NCBI GenBank assembly: GCA_963664305.2
Contig: CAXXLV010000001.1
Location: 1 to 64,000 of the forward strand
Source: an uncultured Aliarcobacter sp.
GTDB lineage: Bacteria; Campylobacterota; Campylobacteria; Campylobacterales; Arcobacteraceae
DNA: 64,000 bases
Direction of reading: 5' to 3'
Made by a program: the position numbers and the translations under genes. Below, piece after piece: positions 1 through 9,985 of the stretch (its first letter is position 1; every line of letters begins with the position of its first letter). The notes under the pieces were generated by a model. The model was not told the origin of the DNA. It worked only from the letters and a program-made list of their open reading frames with translations, and searched no databases.

Positions 1-3000
1 GATAATGCATAACTTAATGTTGCTGCCGTTCCACCTACATCTGCTCCCATATCTTGAGTTAATGTAAATAGAGTTGCAAACGATGCACTTGCTGTATCTG
101 ATACTACATCTGTATTTGTATCTATTGTATCAGCATCTTGTGTTGTTAATGTTGGTATTGTTGTTTCTGTTACACCTACATTTACTGTTGGAGTAGCATC
201 ATCGAAGCTTATTGCTCCAGAAATATCTATTGTTTCTGAATCTGTTCTTTGATCTCCATCTCCATCTGTGATTGTTGCACTTGCTGTTAAGTTAATTGCT
301 CCAGTTTCATTTAATAATAATCCTACATTTGTTACTGAATTATCATCTGTTAATGTATCTGCATCATTTCCATCTACTTCTGTTAAATGATCGATTGGTC
401 CATTTTGAGTTAGAGTTACTGTTCCTGTACTTGCATCAACTGCTACTGTAAAGATTGGCTCTGTTACTCCTGCTACTGTACCTGTTACAACACCATTTAC
501 TAAAGATAATGTTATCTCTTCTCCATTACTTGTTAAGCTTGTTGTTGTACCTTCTGCTAGTGATAATGCATAACTTAATGTTGCTGCCGTTCCACCTACA
601 TCTGCTCCCATATCTTGAGTTAATGTAAATAGAGTTGCAAACGATGCACTTGCTGTATCTGATACTACATCTGTATTTGTATCTATTGTATCAGCATCTT
701 GTGTTGTTAATGTTGGTATTGTTGTTTCTGTTACACCTACATTTACTGTTGGAGTAGCATCATCGAAGCTTATTGCTCCAGAAATATCTATTGTTTCTGA
801 ATCTGTTCTTTGATCTCCATCTCCATCTGTGATTGTTGCACTTGCTGTTAAGTTAATTGCTCCAGTTTCATTTAATAATAATCCTACATTTGTTACTGAA
901 TTATCATCTGTTAATGTATCTGCATCATTTCCATCTACTTCTGTTAAATGATCGATTGGTCCATTTTGAGTTAGAGTTACTGTTCCTGTACTTGCATCAA
1001 CTGCTACTGTAAAGATTGGCTCTGTTACTCCTGCTACTGTACCTGTTACAACACCATTTACTAAAGATAATGTTATCTCTTCTCCATTACTTGTTAAGCT
1101 TGTTGTTGTACCTTCTGCTAGTGATAATGCATAACTTAATGTTGCTGCCGTTCCACCTACATCTGCTCCCATATCTTGAGTTAATGTAAATAGAGTTGCA
1201 AACGATGCACTTGCTGTATCTGATACTACATCTGTATTTGTATCTATTGTATCAGCATCTTGTGTTGTTAATGTTGGTATTGTTGTTTCTGTTACACCTA
1301 CATTTACTGTTGGAGTAGCATCATCGAAGCTTATTGCTCCAGAAATATCTATTGTTTCTGAATCTGTTCTTTGATCTCCATCTCCATCTGTGATTGTTGC
1401 ACTTGCTGTTAAGTTAATTGCTCCAGTTTCATTTAATAATAATCCTACATTTGTTACTGAATTATCATCTGTTAATGTATCTGCATCATTTCCATCTACT
1501 TCTGTTAAATGATCGATTGGTCCATTTTGAGTTAGAGTTACTGTTCCTGTACTTGCATCAACTGCTACTGTAAAGATTGGCTCTGTTACTCCTGCTACTG
1601 TACCTGTTACAACACCATTTACTAAAGATAATGTTATCTCTTCTCCATTACTTGTTAAGCTTGTTGTTGTACCTTCTGCTAGTGATAATGCATAACTTAA
1701 TGTTGCTGCCGTTCCACCTACATCTGCTCCCATATCTTGAGTTAATGTAAATAGAGTTGCAAACGATGCACTTGCTGTATCTGATACTACATCTGTATTT
1801 GTATCTATTGTATCAGCATCTTGTGTTGTTAATGTTGGTATTGTTGTTTCTGTTACACCTACATTTACTGTTGGAGTAGCATCATCGAAGCTTATTGCTC
1901 CAGAAATATCTATTGTTTCTGAATCTGTTCTTTGATCTCCATCTCCATCTGTGATTGTTGCACTTGCTGTTAAGTTAATTGCTCCAGTTTCATTTAATAA
2001 TAATCCTACATTTGTTACTGAATTATCATCTGTTAATGTATCTGCATCATTTCCATCTACTTCTGTTAAATGATCGATTGGTCCATTTTGAGTTAGAGTT
2101 ACTGTTCCTGTACTTGCATCAACTGCTACTGTAAAGATTGGCTCTGTTACTCCTGCTACTGTACCTGTTACAACACCATTTACTAAAGATAATGTTATCT
2201 CTTCTCCATTACTTGTTAAGCTTGTTGTTGTACCTTCTGCTAGTGATAATGCATAACTTAATGTTGCTGCCGTTCCACCTACATCTGCTCCCATATCTTG
2301 AGTTAATGTAAATAGAGTTGCAAACGATGCACTTGCTGTATCTGATACTACATCTGTATTTGTATCTATTGTATCAGCATCTTGTGTTGTTAATGTTGGT
2401 ATTGTTGTTTCTGTTACACCTACATTTACTGTTGGAGTAGCATCATCGAAGCTTATTGCTCCAGAAATATCTATTGTTTCTGAATCTGTTCTTTGATCTC
2501 CATCTCCATCTGTGATTGTTGCACTTGCTGTTAAGTTAATTGCTCCAGTTTCATTTAATAATAATCCTACATTTGTTACTGAATTATCATCTGTTAATGT
2601 ATCTGCATCATTTCCATCTACTTCTGTTAAATGATCGATTGGTCCATTTTGAGTTAGAGTTACTGTTCCTGTACTTGCATCAACTGCTACTGTAAAGATT
2701 GGCTCTGTTACTCCTGCTACTGTACCTGTTACAACACCATTTACTAAAGATAATGTTATCTCTTCTCCATTACTTGTTAAGCTTGTTGTTGTACCTTCTG
2801 CTAGTGATAATGCATAACTTAATGTTGCTGCCGTTCCACCTACATCTGCTCCCATATCTTGAGTTAATGTAAATAGAGTTGCAAACGATGCACTTGCTGT
2901 ATCTGATACTACATCTGTATTTGTATCTATTGTATCAGCATCTTGTGTTGTTAATGTTGGTATTGTTGTTTCTGTTACACCTACATTTACTGTTGGAGTA

Positions 3001-6000
3001 GCATCATCGAAGCTTATTGCTCCAGAAATATCTATTGTTTCTGAATCTGTTCTTTGATCTCCATCTCCATCTGTGATTGTTGCACTTGCTGTTAAGTTAA
3101 TTGCTCCAGTTTCATTTAATAATAATCCTACATTTGTTACTGAATTATCATCTGTTAATGTATCTGCATCATTTCCATCTACTTCTGTTAAATGATCGAT
3201 TGGTCCATTTTGAGTTAGAGTTACTGTTCCTGTACTTGCATCAACTGCTACTGTAAAGATTGGCTCTGTTACTCCTGCTACTGTACCTGTTACAACACCA
3301 TTTACTAAAGATAATGTTATCTCTTCTCCATTACTTGTTAAGCTTGTTGTTGTACCTTCTGCTAGTGATAATGCATAACTTAATGTTGCTGCCGTTCCAC
3401 CTACATCTGCTCCCATATCTTGAGTTAATGTAAATAGAGTTGCAAACGATGCACTTGCTGTATCTGATACTACATCTGTATTTGTATCTATTGTATCAGC
3501 ATCTTGTGTTGTTAATGTTGGTATTGTTGTTTCTGTTACACCTACATTTACTGTTGGAGTAGCATCATCGAAGCTTATTGCTCCAGAAATATCTATTGTT
3601 TCTGAATCTGTTCTTTGATCTCCATCTCCATCTGTGATTGTTGCACTTGCTGTTAAGTTAATTGCTCCAGTTTCATTTAATAATAATCCTACATTTGTTA
3701 CTGAATTATCATCTGTTAATGTATCTGCATCATTTCCATCTACTTCTGTTAAATGATCGATTGGTCCATTTTGAGTTAGAGTTACTGTTCCTGTACTTGC
3801 ATCAACTGCTACTGTAAAGATTGGCTCTGTTACTCCTGCTACTGTACCTGTTACAACACCATTTACTAAAGATAATGTTATCTCTTCTCCATTACTTGTT
3901 AAGCTTGTTGTTGTACCTTCTGCTAGTGATAATGCATAACTTAATGTTGCTGCCGTTCCACCTACATCTGCTCCCATATCTTGAGTTAATGTAAATAGAG
4001 TTGCAAACGATGCACTTGCTGTATCTGATACTACATCTGTATTTGTATCTATTGTATCAGCATCTTGTGTTGTTAATGTTGGTATTGTTGTTTCTGTTAC
4101 ACCTACATTTACTGTTGGAGTAGCATCATCGAAGCTTATTGCTCCAGAAATATCTATTGTTTCTGAATCTGTTCTTTGATCTCCATCTCCATCTGTGATT
4201 GTTGCACTTGCTGTTAAGTTAATTGCTCCAGTTTCATTTAATAATAATCCTACATTTGTTACTGAATTATCATCTGTTAATGTATCTGCATCATTTCCAT
4301 CTACTTCTGTTAAATGATCGATTGGTCCATTTTGAGTTAGAGTTACTGTTCCTGTACTTGCATCAACTGCTACTGTAAAGATTGGCTCTGTTACTCCTGC
4401 TACTGTACCTGTTACAACACCATTTACTAAAGATAATGTTATCTCTTCTCCATTACTTGTTAAGCTTGTTGTTGTACCTTCTGCTAGTGATAATGCATAA
4501 CTTAATGTTGCTGCCGTTCCACCTACATCTGCTCCCATATCTTGAGTTAATGTAAATAGAGTTGCAAACGATGCACTTGCTGTATCTGATACTACATCTG
4601 TATTTGTATCTATTGTATCAGCATCTTGTGTTGTTAATGTTGGTATTGTTGTTTCTGTTACACCTACATTTACTGTTGGAGTAGCATCATCGAAGCTTAT
4701 TGCTCCAGAAATATCTATTGTTTCTGAATCTGTTCTTTGATCTCCATCTCCATCTGTGATTGTTGCACTTGCTGTTAAGTTAATTGCTCCAGTTTCATTT
4801 AATAATAATCCTACATTTGTTACTGAATTATCATCTGTTAATGTATCTGCATCATTTCCATCTACTTCTGTTAAATGATCGATTGGTCCATTTTGAGTTA
4901 GAGTTACTGTTCCTGTACTTGCATCAACTGCTACTGTAAAGATTGGCTCTGTTACTCCTGCTACTGTACCTGTTACAACACCATTTACTAAAGATAATGT
5001 TATCTCTTCTCCATTACTTGTTAAGCTTGTTGTTGTACCTTCTGCTAGTGATAATGCATAACTTAATGTTGCTGCCGTTCCACCTACATCTGCTCCCATA
5101 TCTTGAGTTAATGTAAATAGAGTTGCAAACGATGCACTTGCTGTATCTGATACTACATCTGTATTTGTATCTATTGTATCAGCATCTTGTGTTGTTAATG
5201 TTGGTATTGTTGTTTCTGTTACACCTACATTTACTGTTGGAGTAGCATCATCGAAGCTTATTGCTCCAGAAATATCTATTGTTTCTGAATCTGTTCTTTG
5301 ATCTCCATCTCCATCTGTGATTGTTGCACTTGCTGTTAAGTTAATTGCTCCAGTTTCATTTAATAATAATCCTACATTTGTTACTGAATTATCATCTGTT
5401 AATGTATCTGCATCATTTCCATCTACTTCTGTTAAATGATCGATTGGTCCATTTTGAGTTAGAGTTACTGTTCCTGTACTTGCATCAACTGCTACTGTAA
5501 AGATTGGCTCTGTTACTCCTGCTACTGTACCTGTTACAACACCATTTACTAAAGATAATGTTATCTCTTCTCCATTACTTGTTAAGCTTGTTGTTGTACC
5601 TTCTGCTAGTGATAATGCATAACTTAATGTTGCTGCCGTTCCACCTACATCTGCTCCCATATCTTGAGTTAATGTAAATAGAGTTGCAAACGATGCACTT
5701 GCTGTATCTGATACTACATCTGTATTTGTATCTATTGTATCAGCATCTTGTGTTGTTAATGTTGGTATTGTTGTTTCTGTTACACCTACATTTACTGTTG
5801 GAGTAGCATCATCGAAGCTTATTGCTCCAGAAATATCTATTGTTTCTGAATCTGTTCTTTGATCTCCATCTCCATCTGTGATTGTTGCACTTGCTGTTAA
5901 GTTAATTGCTCCAGTTTCATTTAATAATAATCCTACATTTGTTACTGAATTATCATCTGTTAATGTATCTGCATCATTTCCATCTACTTCTGTTAAATGA

Positions 6001-6349
6001 TCGATTGGTCCATTTTGAGTTAGAGTTACTGTTCCTGTACTTGCATCAACTGCTACTGTAAAGATTGGCTCTGTTACTCCTGCTACTGTACCTGTTACAA
6101 CACCATTTACTAAAGATAATGTTATCTCTTCTCCATTACTTGTTAAGCTTGTTGTTGTACCTTCTGCTAGTGATAATGCATAACTTAATGTTGCTGCCGT
6201 TCCACCTACATCTGCTCCCATATCTTGAGTTAATGTAAATAGAGTTGCAAACGATGCACTTGCTGTATCTGATACTACATCTGTATTTGTATCTATTGTA
6301 TCAGCATCTTGTGTTGTTAATGTTGGTATTGTTGTTTCTGTTACACCTA
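1..6349 (-). repeat. Tandem array of 561-bp (187-aa) coding repeats, at least 11.3 copies
   Basis: GATAATGCATAACTT recurs at 1, 562, 1123 and every 561 bp to 5611 and 6172; identity ends at 6349. Unit: GVTETTIPTLTTQDADTIDTNTDVVSDTASASFATLFTLTQDMGADVGGTAATLSYALSLAEGTTTSLTSNGEEITLSLVNGVVTGTVAGVTEPIFTVAVDASTGTVTLTQNGPIDHLTEVDGNDADTLTDDNSVTNVGLLLNETGAINLTASATITDGDGDQRTDSETIDISGAISFDDATPTVNV. Confidence 0.97.
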
Positions 6350-7295
6350 TATCAAGAGTTGGTACAGAATCATTTACAACTATTCCAAATGTACCAGTTG
6401 CAGTATCTCCGTCAACATCAGTTACAACATAATTAACTGTAAAATCAATGTTATCTTCTGTAGTAGCATCTGGATGACTTATTGCTGCAATTTGATTAAC
6501 ATCATATGTATATGTTCCACCTGCATTATTTAATGTAACAGTCATAACAGCAACACCATTTTGAGAAATAGTCATTACATTTCCAGCTACACTTGAAGTT
6601 AATCCTAAAGTAGCATCAGCTGTAATACTTGTTAGAGCAACAGAACCTGCCCCATTTAATCCAAAATTTACTGCTAATGGATTCCCTATACTATCCACAC
6701 CTAAAGTATCATCATCTAATGAAACCAAAGGATTAGCACCAGTAGTAGGAACATCATCAATACTATTAGTAAGAACTGTTTCATCAATAACCGTAGTAAC
6801 AACTTCAGCATCTCTTAAATCAGTAGTGATATTAGTTTCACCAGCAGTTCTATCTTCCAATCTTAAAGGAACAATTCCAACTGGGTCAGTTGTTGTTTGA
6901 TCACCACCAGCAGCTGCTGCATCTAAGTTTTCGATTTGAGCTAAAGTAAGATTAGCTTGTTCATTATTTTGATTTGGAGTATCTTGTAGATTACTTGTTG
7001 CTTGTTCTAATAAGTCGCCAACTTCATTGTTTTTAACAACAGTATCTTCTGGAATTTCTCCAGATAATAATGTAATATCAAAAAGTTGTTCATTACTTCC
7101 AACTACTTGGATTTCTGATGAATTATCAACTAAAGCAACTCTAATTAAATTAGAATTACTATTTGATGAACTTCCAACTATCACATCACCTTCGCTTAGC
7201 ATAGCGCCCACTTTAGCAACTTCTAAAGTTCCATCTGGATGTTTTATAAAAAACGAACCATTTTCGAATGTAATTTTTCCAATTGTATTAGCCAT
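1..7295 (-). CDS. Giant repetitive T1SS-secreted adhesin (LapA/RTX-like, retention module plus DUF5801/T1SS-143-like repeats); partial, runs off the window start
   Basis: Hand translation: ATG at 7295-7293 with RBS AGGAG ~7303-7307; MANTIGKITFENGSFFIKHPDGTLEVAKVGAMLSEGD...LDAAAAGGD...; frame stays open through the repeats to position 1 (~2430 codons in window). Absent from the ORF track, presumably because it has no stop codon in the window. Confidence 0.93.
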   Translation of the reverse strand, partial: MANTIGKITFENGSFFIKHPDGTLEVAKVGAMLSEGDVIVGSSSNSNSNLIRVALVDNSSEIQVVGSNEQLFDITLLSGEIPEDTVVKNNEVGDLLEQATSNLQDTPNQNNEQANLTLAQIENLDAAAAGGDQTTTDPVGIVPLRLEDRTAGETNITTDLRDAEVVTTVIDETVLTNSIDDVPTTGANPLVSLDDDTLGVDSIGNPLAVNFGLNGAGSVALTSITADATLGLTSSVAGNVMTISQNGVAVMTVTLNNAGGTYTYDVNQIAAISHPDATTEDNIDFTVNYVVTDVDGDTATGTFGIVVNDSVPTLDIGVTETTIPTLTTQDADTIDTNTDVVSDTASASFATLFTLTQDMGADVGGTAATLSYALSLAEGTTTSLTSNGEEITLSLVNGVVTGTVAGVTEPIFTVAVDASTGTVTLTQNGPIDHLTEVDGNDADTLTDDNSVTNVGLLLNETGAINLTASATITDGDGDQRTDSETIDISGAISFDDATPTVNVGVTETTIPTLTTQDADTIDTNTDVVSDTASASFATLFTLTQDMGADVGGTAATLSYALSLAEGTTTSLTSNGEEITLSLVNGVVTGTVAGVTEPIFTVAVDASTGTVTLTQNGPIDHLTEVDGNDADTLTDDNSVTNVGLLLNETGAINLTASATITDGDGDQRTDSETIDISGAISFDDATPTVNVGVTETTIPTLTTQDADTIDTNTDVVSDTASASFATLFTLTQDMGADVGGTAATLSYALSLAEGTTTSLTSNGEEITLSLVNGVVTGTVAGVTEPIFTVAVDASTGTVTLTQNGPIDHLTEVDGNDADTLTDDNSVTNVGLLLNETGAINLTASATITDGDGDQRTDSETIDISGAISFDDATPTVNVGVTETTIPTLTTQDADTIDTNTDVVSDTASASFATLFTLTQDMGADVGGTAATLSYALSLAEGTTTSLTSNGEEITLSLVNGVVTGTVAGVTEPIFTVAVDASTGTVTLTQNGPIDHLTEVDGNDADTLTDDNSVTNVGLLLNETGAINLTASATITDGDGDQRTDSETIDISGAISFDDATPTVNVGVTETTIPTLTTQDADTIDTNTDVVSDTASASFATLFTLTQDMGADVGGTAATLSYALSLAEGTTTSLTSNGEEITLSLVNGVVTGTVAGVTEPIFTVAVDASTGTVTLTQNGPIDHLTEVDGNDADTLTDDNSVTNVGLLLNETGAINLTASATITDGDGDQRTDSETIDISGAISFDDATPTVNVGVTETTIPTLTTQDADTIDTNTDVVSDTASASFATLFTLTQDMGADVGGTAATLSYALSLAEGTTTSLTSNGEEITLSLVNGVVTGTVAGVTEPIFTVAVDASTGTVTLTQNGPIDHLTEVDGNDADTLTDDNSVTNVGLLLNETGAINLTASATITDGDGDQRTDSETIDISGAISFDDATPTVNVGVTETTIPTLTTQDADTIDTNTDVVSDTASASFATLFTLTQDMGADVGGTAATLSYALSLAEGTTTSLTSNGEEITLSLVNGVVTGTVAGVTEPIFTVAVDASTGTVTLTQNGPIDHLTEVDGNDADTLTDDNSVTNVGLLLNETGAINLTASATITDGDGDQRTDSETIDISGAISFDDATPTVNVGVTETTIPTLTTQDADTIDTNTDVVSDTASASFATLFTLTQDMGADVGGTAATLSYALSLAEGTTTSLTSNGEEITLSLVNGVVTGTVAGVTEPIFTVAVDASTGTVTLTQNGPIDHLTEVDGNDADTLTDDNSVTNVGLLLNETGAINLTASATITDGDGDQRTDSETIDISGAISFDDATPTVNVGVTETTIPTLTTQDADTIDTNTDVVSDTASASFATLFTLTQDMGADVGGTAATLSYALSLAEGTTTSLTSNGEEITLSLVNGVVTGTVAGVTEPIFTVAVDASTGTVTLTQNGPIDHLTEVDGNDADTLTDDNSVTNVGLLLNETGAINLTASATITDGDGDQRTDSETIDISGAISFDDATPTVNVGVTETTIPTLTTQDADTIDTNTDVVSDTASASFATLFTLTQDMGADVGGTAATLSYALSLAEGTTTSLTSNGEEITLSLVNGVVTGTVAGVTEPIFTVAVDASTGTVTLTQNGPIDHLTEVDGNDADTLTDDNSVTNVGLLLNETGAINLTASATITDGDGDQRTDSETIDISGAISFDDATPTVNVGVTETTIPTLTTQDADTIDTNTDVVSDTASASFATLFTLTQDMGADVGGTAATLSYALSLAEGTTTSLTSNGEEITLSLVNGVVTGTVAGVTEPIFTVAVDASTGTVTLTQNGPIDHLTEVDGNDADTLTDDNSVTNVGLLLNETGAINLTASATITDGDGDQRTDSETIDISGAISFDDATPTVNVGVTETTIPTLTTQDADTIDTNTDVVSDTASASFATLFTLTQDMGADVGGTAATLSYAL

Positions 7296-7396
7296 AACTC
7301 AACTCCTTAATTGATTTTTATATAATTGAGTATATAGCTTTTTATTAAACTTGTCTATTGTACTTGGGTGCAAAAAAAGAGGAATTTTTTAGTTTT

Positions 7397-7762
7397 TTAT
7401 ACTTCTTTTATAAATCTTTTTTCTATCTCTTCTTCACTTAATTGAAGGTTTTCTTCATTTAAAAATCCGAAATAATAAGTCTCATCAGCTTTTTGTACTT
7501 CTATAACTAAGATATTTTCATCTTTGTGATTTAAAACAAATTTTTCTATAGCTTCAAGTGCAGAATTTTTCCAATATTTTTCAATTTCAGCATTATTTCC
7601 TGCATCAAAAAATAAACAATCTTCACACATTGAAAATATATAATTTCCTGCACCTTCATAAATTTCAAAAGAGTTATTATCATTATCTAATTTTTCATTT
7701 GTGAAAGGGCAATATAATTTAAATGTTCCCATTTTTTTTGGGTTTATTACAATTTTATTCAA
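7397..7762 (-). CDS. Hypothetical acidic protein (CPFT and CEDC motifs)
   Basis: 121-aa ORF, TTG start with AAGGA RBS upstream. Confidence 0.75.
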   Translation of the reverse strand: MNKIVINPKKMGTFKLYCPFTNEKLDNDNNSFEIYEGAGNYIFSMCEDCLFFDAGNNAEIEKYWKNSALEAIEKFVLNHKDENILVIEVQKADETYYFGFLNEENLQLSEEEIEKRFIKEV

Positions 7763-7803
7763 AATTTAATCCTTTTTTTGTGGAATTATACAACATCAAT
7801 AAT

Positions 7804-8541
7804 TTATTTCAAAACTACTTTTATATCATCCATACTTTTAAAATCTATAAACTCATTTAATAAAGCTACTAATTGCACAACCTCACTATTTTTCATTCTA
7901 ATACAACCACTTGATTCATAACTTCCAATAGTTTTTTCATTGATTGTTCCGTGAATTCTAAAAGTTTCTTTTCCATCAACCTTATGAGTTAGATTTATTT
8001 TTGCACTTCCCATATAATTTAATTTATCTCCACCTTTAACAACTTTAGGAAGTTCTATTCCTCTTTTTTTAAAACTTTGTATCGTATCCTCTGTTGGATA
8101 CCAAACTGGATTTAAAGTTATAGAAGTGATTTGTCCAACTCCTAAAGGTTTTTTTATATCTTTTCTTGCTGTTGAAACTTTATAAGTCTTAAGATTTTTA
8201 GTTTTATTATCATATTTTGCTTTTACATACATCAAATTTTTTGAAGAATCAACTTCTATTATCAAAGTATCATAAGCTCCCATTTCGGACAATAGATTAT
8301 CTACTTTTTTAAAAGTTGATAATTTTGGAGTATATCTATCAAAAATTTTTGTTCCAATAGTTGAAAAATCACCAAGAAATTTCTCTTCATCAAAAGAAAA
8401 TTTTTTTGTATTTATTTGTTCTTTTAAATATTTTGAAGATTTTTCTAAAAACTCTTTTGTTTCTAAAATAGAATCTTTTTCATTATTTGCATATAAACTA
8501 AAAGAAAAAACAACTAAAGATAAAAAAATCTTTTTTATCAC
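7804..8541 (-). CDS. L,D-transpeptidase (YkuD family), exported
   Basis: Signal peptide; NPVWYP and catalytic FRIHGT...ESSGCIRM motif. Confidence 0.92.
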   Translation of the reverse strand: MIKKIFLSLVVFSFSLYANNEKDSILETKEFLEKSSKYLKEQINTKKFSFDEEKFLGDFSTIGTKIFDRYTPKLSTFKKVDNLLSEMGAYDTLIIEVDSSKNLMYVKAKYDNKTKNLKTYKVSTARKDIKKPLGVGQITSITLNPVWYPTEDTIQSFKKRGIELPKVVKGGDKLNYMGSAKINLTHKVDGKETFRIHGTINEKTIGSYESSGCIRMKNSEVVQLVALLNEFIDFKSMDDIKVVLK

Positions 8542-8702
8542 TCAGTTGCCTCATGAATAGATTGTTTTACAGAGTGATAAACATCACTTGAAGTATCTTT
8601 TGTAGCTTCCCAAGCTCTGTTACTATCTTGTTTTATTCCTGTCCAAGTTGCACAACCTTGAAATATAACTATAAGAATAGTTAATAATACATATTTTATC
8701 AT
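8538..8702 (-). CDS. Small entericidin (EcnA/B)-like lipoprotein, 54 aa
   Basis: Hand translation MIKYVLLTILIVIFQGCATWTGIKQDSNRAWEATKDTSSDVYHSVKQSIHEATE*; lipobox FQG-C; AGGAG RBS; stop overlaps the GTG start of the L,D-transpeptidase (GTGA). Confidence 0.85.
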   Translation of the reverse strand: MIKYVLLTILIVIFQGCATWTGIKQDSNRAWEATKDTSSDVYHSVKQSIHEATE

Positions 8703-8833
8703 TACTTAACTCTCCTAAAAAATAAAATTATATTTATAGTTATACCATTTTTTAATATTAAAGAAAATTAAGCATTTAGGGCATTTCATTAATTAGTTTT
8801 TAGATACAATTGCCAAAAAAATTTAGGATTATT

Positions 8834-9985
8834 ATGACTGAACAATTAGAAACTTCTTTATGCCATATTGCAAAATTTGCACCATTTGATGATGTTAGTG
8901 GTGCTTCACATTTTCCAATTTATAATACTGGAACTTTTGATTTAAAAAAACAAACTGGCGATAAAATCTATGATTATACAAGAAGTGATAACCCTACTAG
9001 AGAAGTTTTAGAAAACCTTTTTACTCATGTTGAAGGTGGAGCTGGTTGTGTTTGTACTCACACTGGAATTGCTTGTGTATCTTTATTATTTGAAACTGTT
9101 TTAAAAGCAAATTCACATATTTTAGTTGAAGCTGATTGTTATGGTGGAACATTTAGACTTTTAAAAATCTTTAAAGAAAAATATAATATTACAGTTCATT
9201 TTGCAAACTTTTTAGATTTTGAAATGTTAGAACATATTTTAAAAACAAATCCTATTGATTTAGTTTTATGTGAAAGCCCAACAAATCCTGGTTTAAAAAT
9301 TATAGATTTAAAACAAGTAGCTGATTTATCTCACAAATACAATGCTTTATTTGCAGTTGATAACTCACTTGCTACATTTATTTCTCAAAGACCTTTAGAA
9401 TTTGGAGCAGATTTTTCACTTTTCTCAACAACAAAATATATTTCAGGTCATGGAAGCGTAGTTGCTGGTGCAATAGTTGCCGCAACAAAAGAGTTAAGCC
9501 AACAAATCCACTACTATGCAAATGCTCATGGAAGAAGTCAAAATCCAATGGATGTATTTTTAATTAGTCTTGGAATTCCAACTTTAAAAATAAGAATGAT
9601 TGAACATGAAAAAAATTCAATTACAATTGCAAAATTCCTTGAAGAACAAGATTACATAAAAAAAGTAACTCACCCTGCACTTCCATCACACCCTCAGTAT
9701 GAATTAGCTAAAAAACAGATGCAGTTTATTCCAGGTGTTTTTTGTGTAGATTTTTCTAGTGTTGAATTAGCAGAGAAATTTATTGAAAATACAAAAATAT
9801 TTGGTGAAAAATGTTCATTTGGAAGTCCAGATAGTAGAGTTGAAATTCCTGCAAAAATTTCACACGCAAGTTTTTCTAAAGAAGAGTTAGCAGCTATTGG
9901 AATAAGTGATAGTACAGTTAGATTTTCTATTGGTTTAGAAAGTATAGAAGATTTAATAAATGATATTAAACAAGCAGTAAAATAG
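8834..9985 (+). CDS. PLP-dependent trans-sulfuration enzyme, probably cystathionine beta-lyase
   Basis: YDYTRSDNPTR, ESPTNP, VDNS, FSTTKYISGH (PLP Lys); start moved to ATG 8834 behind an AGGA RBS. Confidence 0.88.
   Translation: MTEQLETSLCHIAKFAPFDDVSGASHFPIYNTGTFDLKKQTGDKIYDYTRSDNPTREVLENLFTHVEGGAGCVCTHTGIACVSLLFETVLKANSHILVEADCYGGTFRLLKIFKEKYNITVHFANFLDFEMLEHILKTNPIDLVLCESPTNPGLKIIDLKQVADLSHKYNALFAVDNSLATFISQRPLEFGADFSLFSTTKYISGHGSVVAGAIVAATKELSQQIHYYANAHGRSQNPMDVFLISLGIPTLKIRMIEHEKNSITIAKFLEEQDYIKKVTHPALPSHPQYELAKKQMQFIPGVFCVDFSSVELAEKFIENTKIFGEKCSFGSPDSRVEIPAKISHASFSKEELAAIGISDSTVRFSIGLESIEDLINDIKQAVK

Noticed and set aside
1..6349. Repeat array as CRISPR or non-coding satellite
   Set aside because: No spacers; the period is a multiple of 3 and an open minus-strand frame encodes adhesin-like domains.
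6245..7314. Plus-strand ORFs 6245..6436 and 7027..7314
   Set aside because: Antisense shadows of the adhesin gene.
7358..7373. Imperfect palindrome TTGTAC-TTGG-GTGCAA upstream of the adhesin
   Set aside because: Short, one mismatch, single instance; too weak to call an operator.
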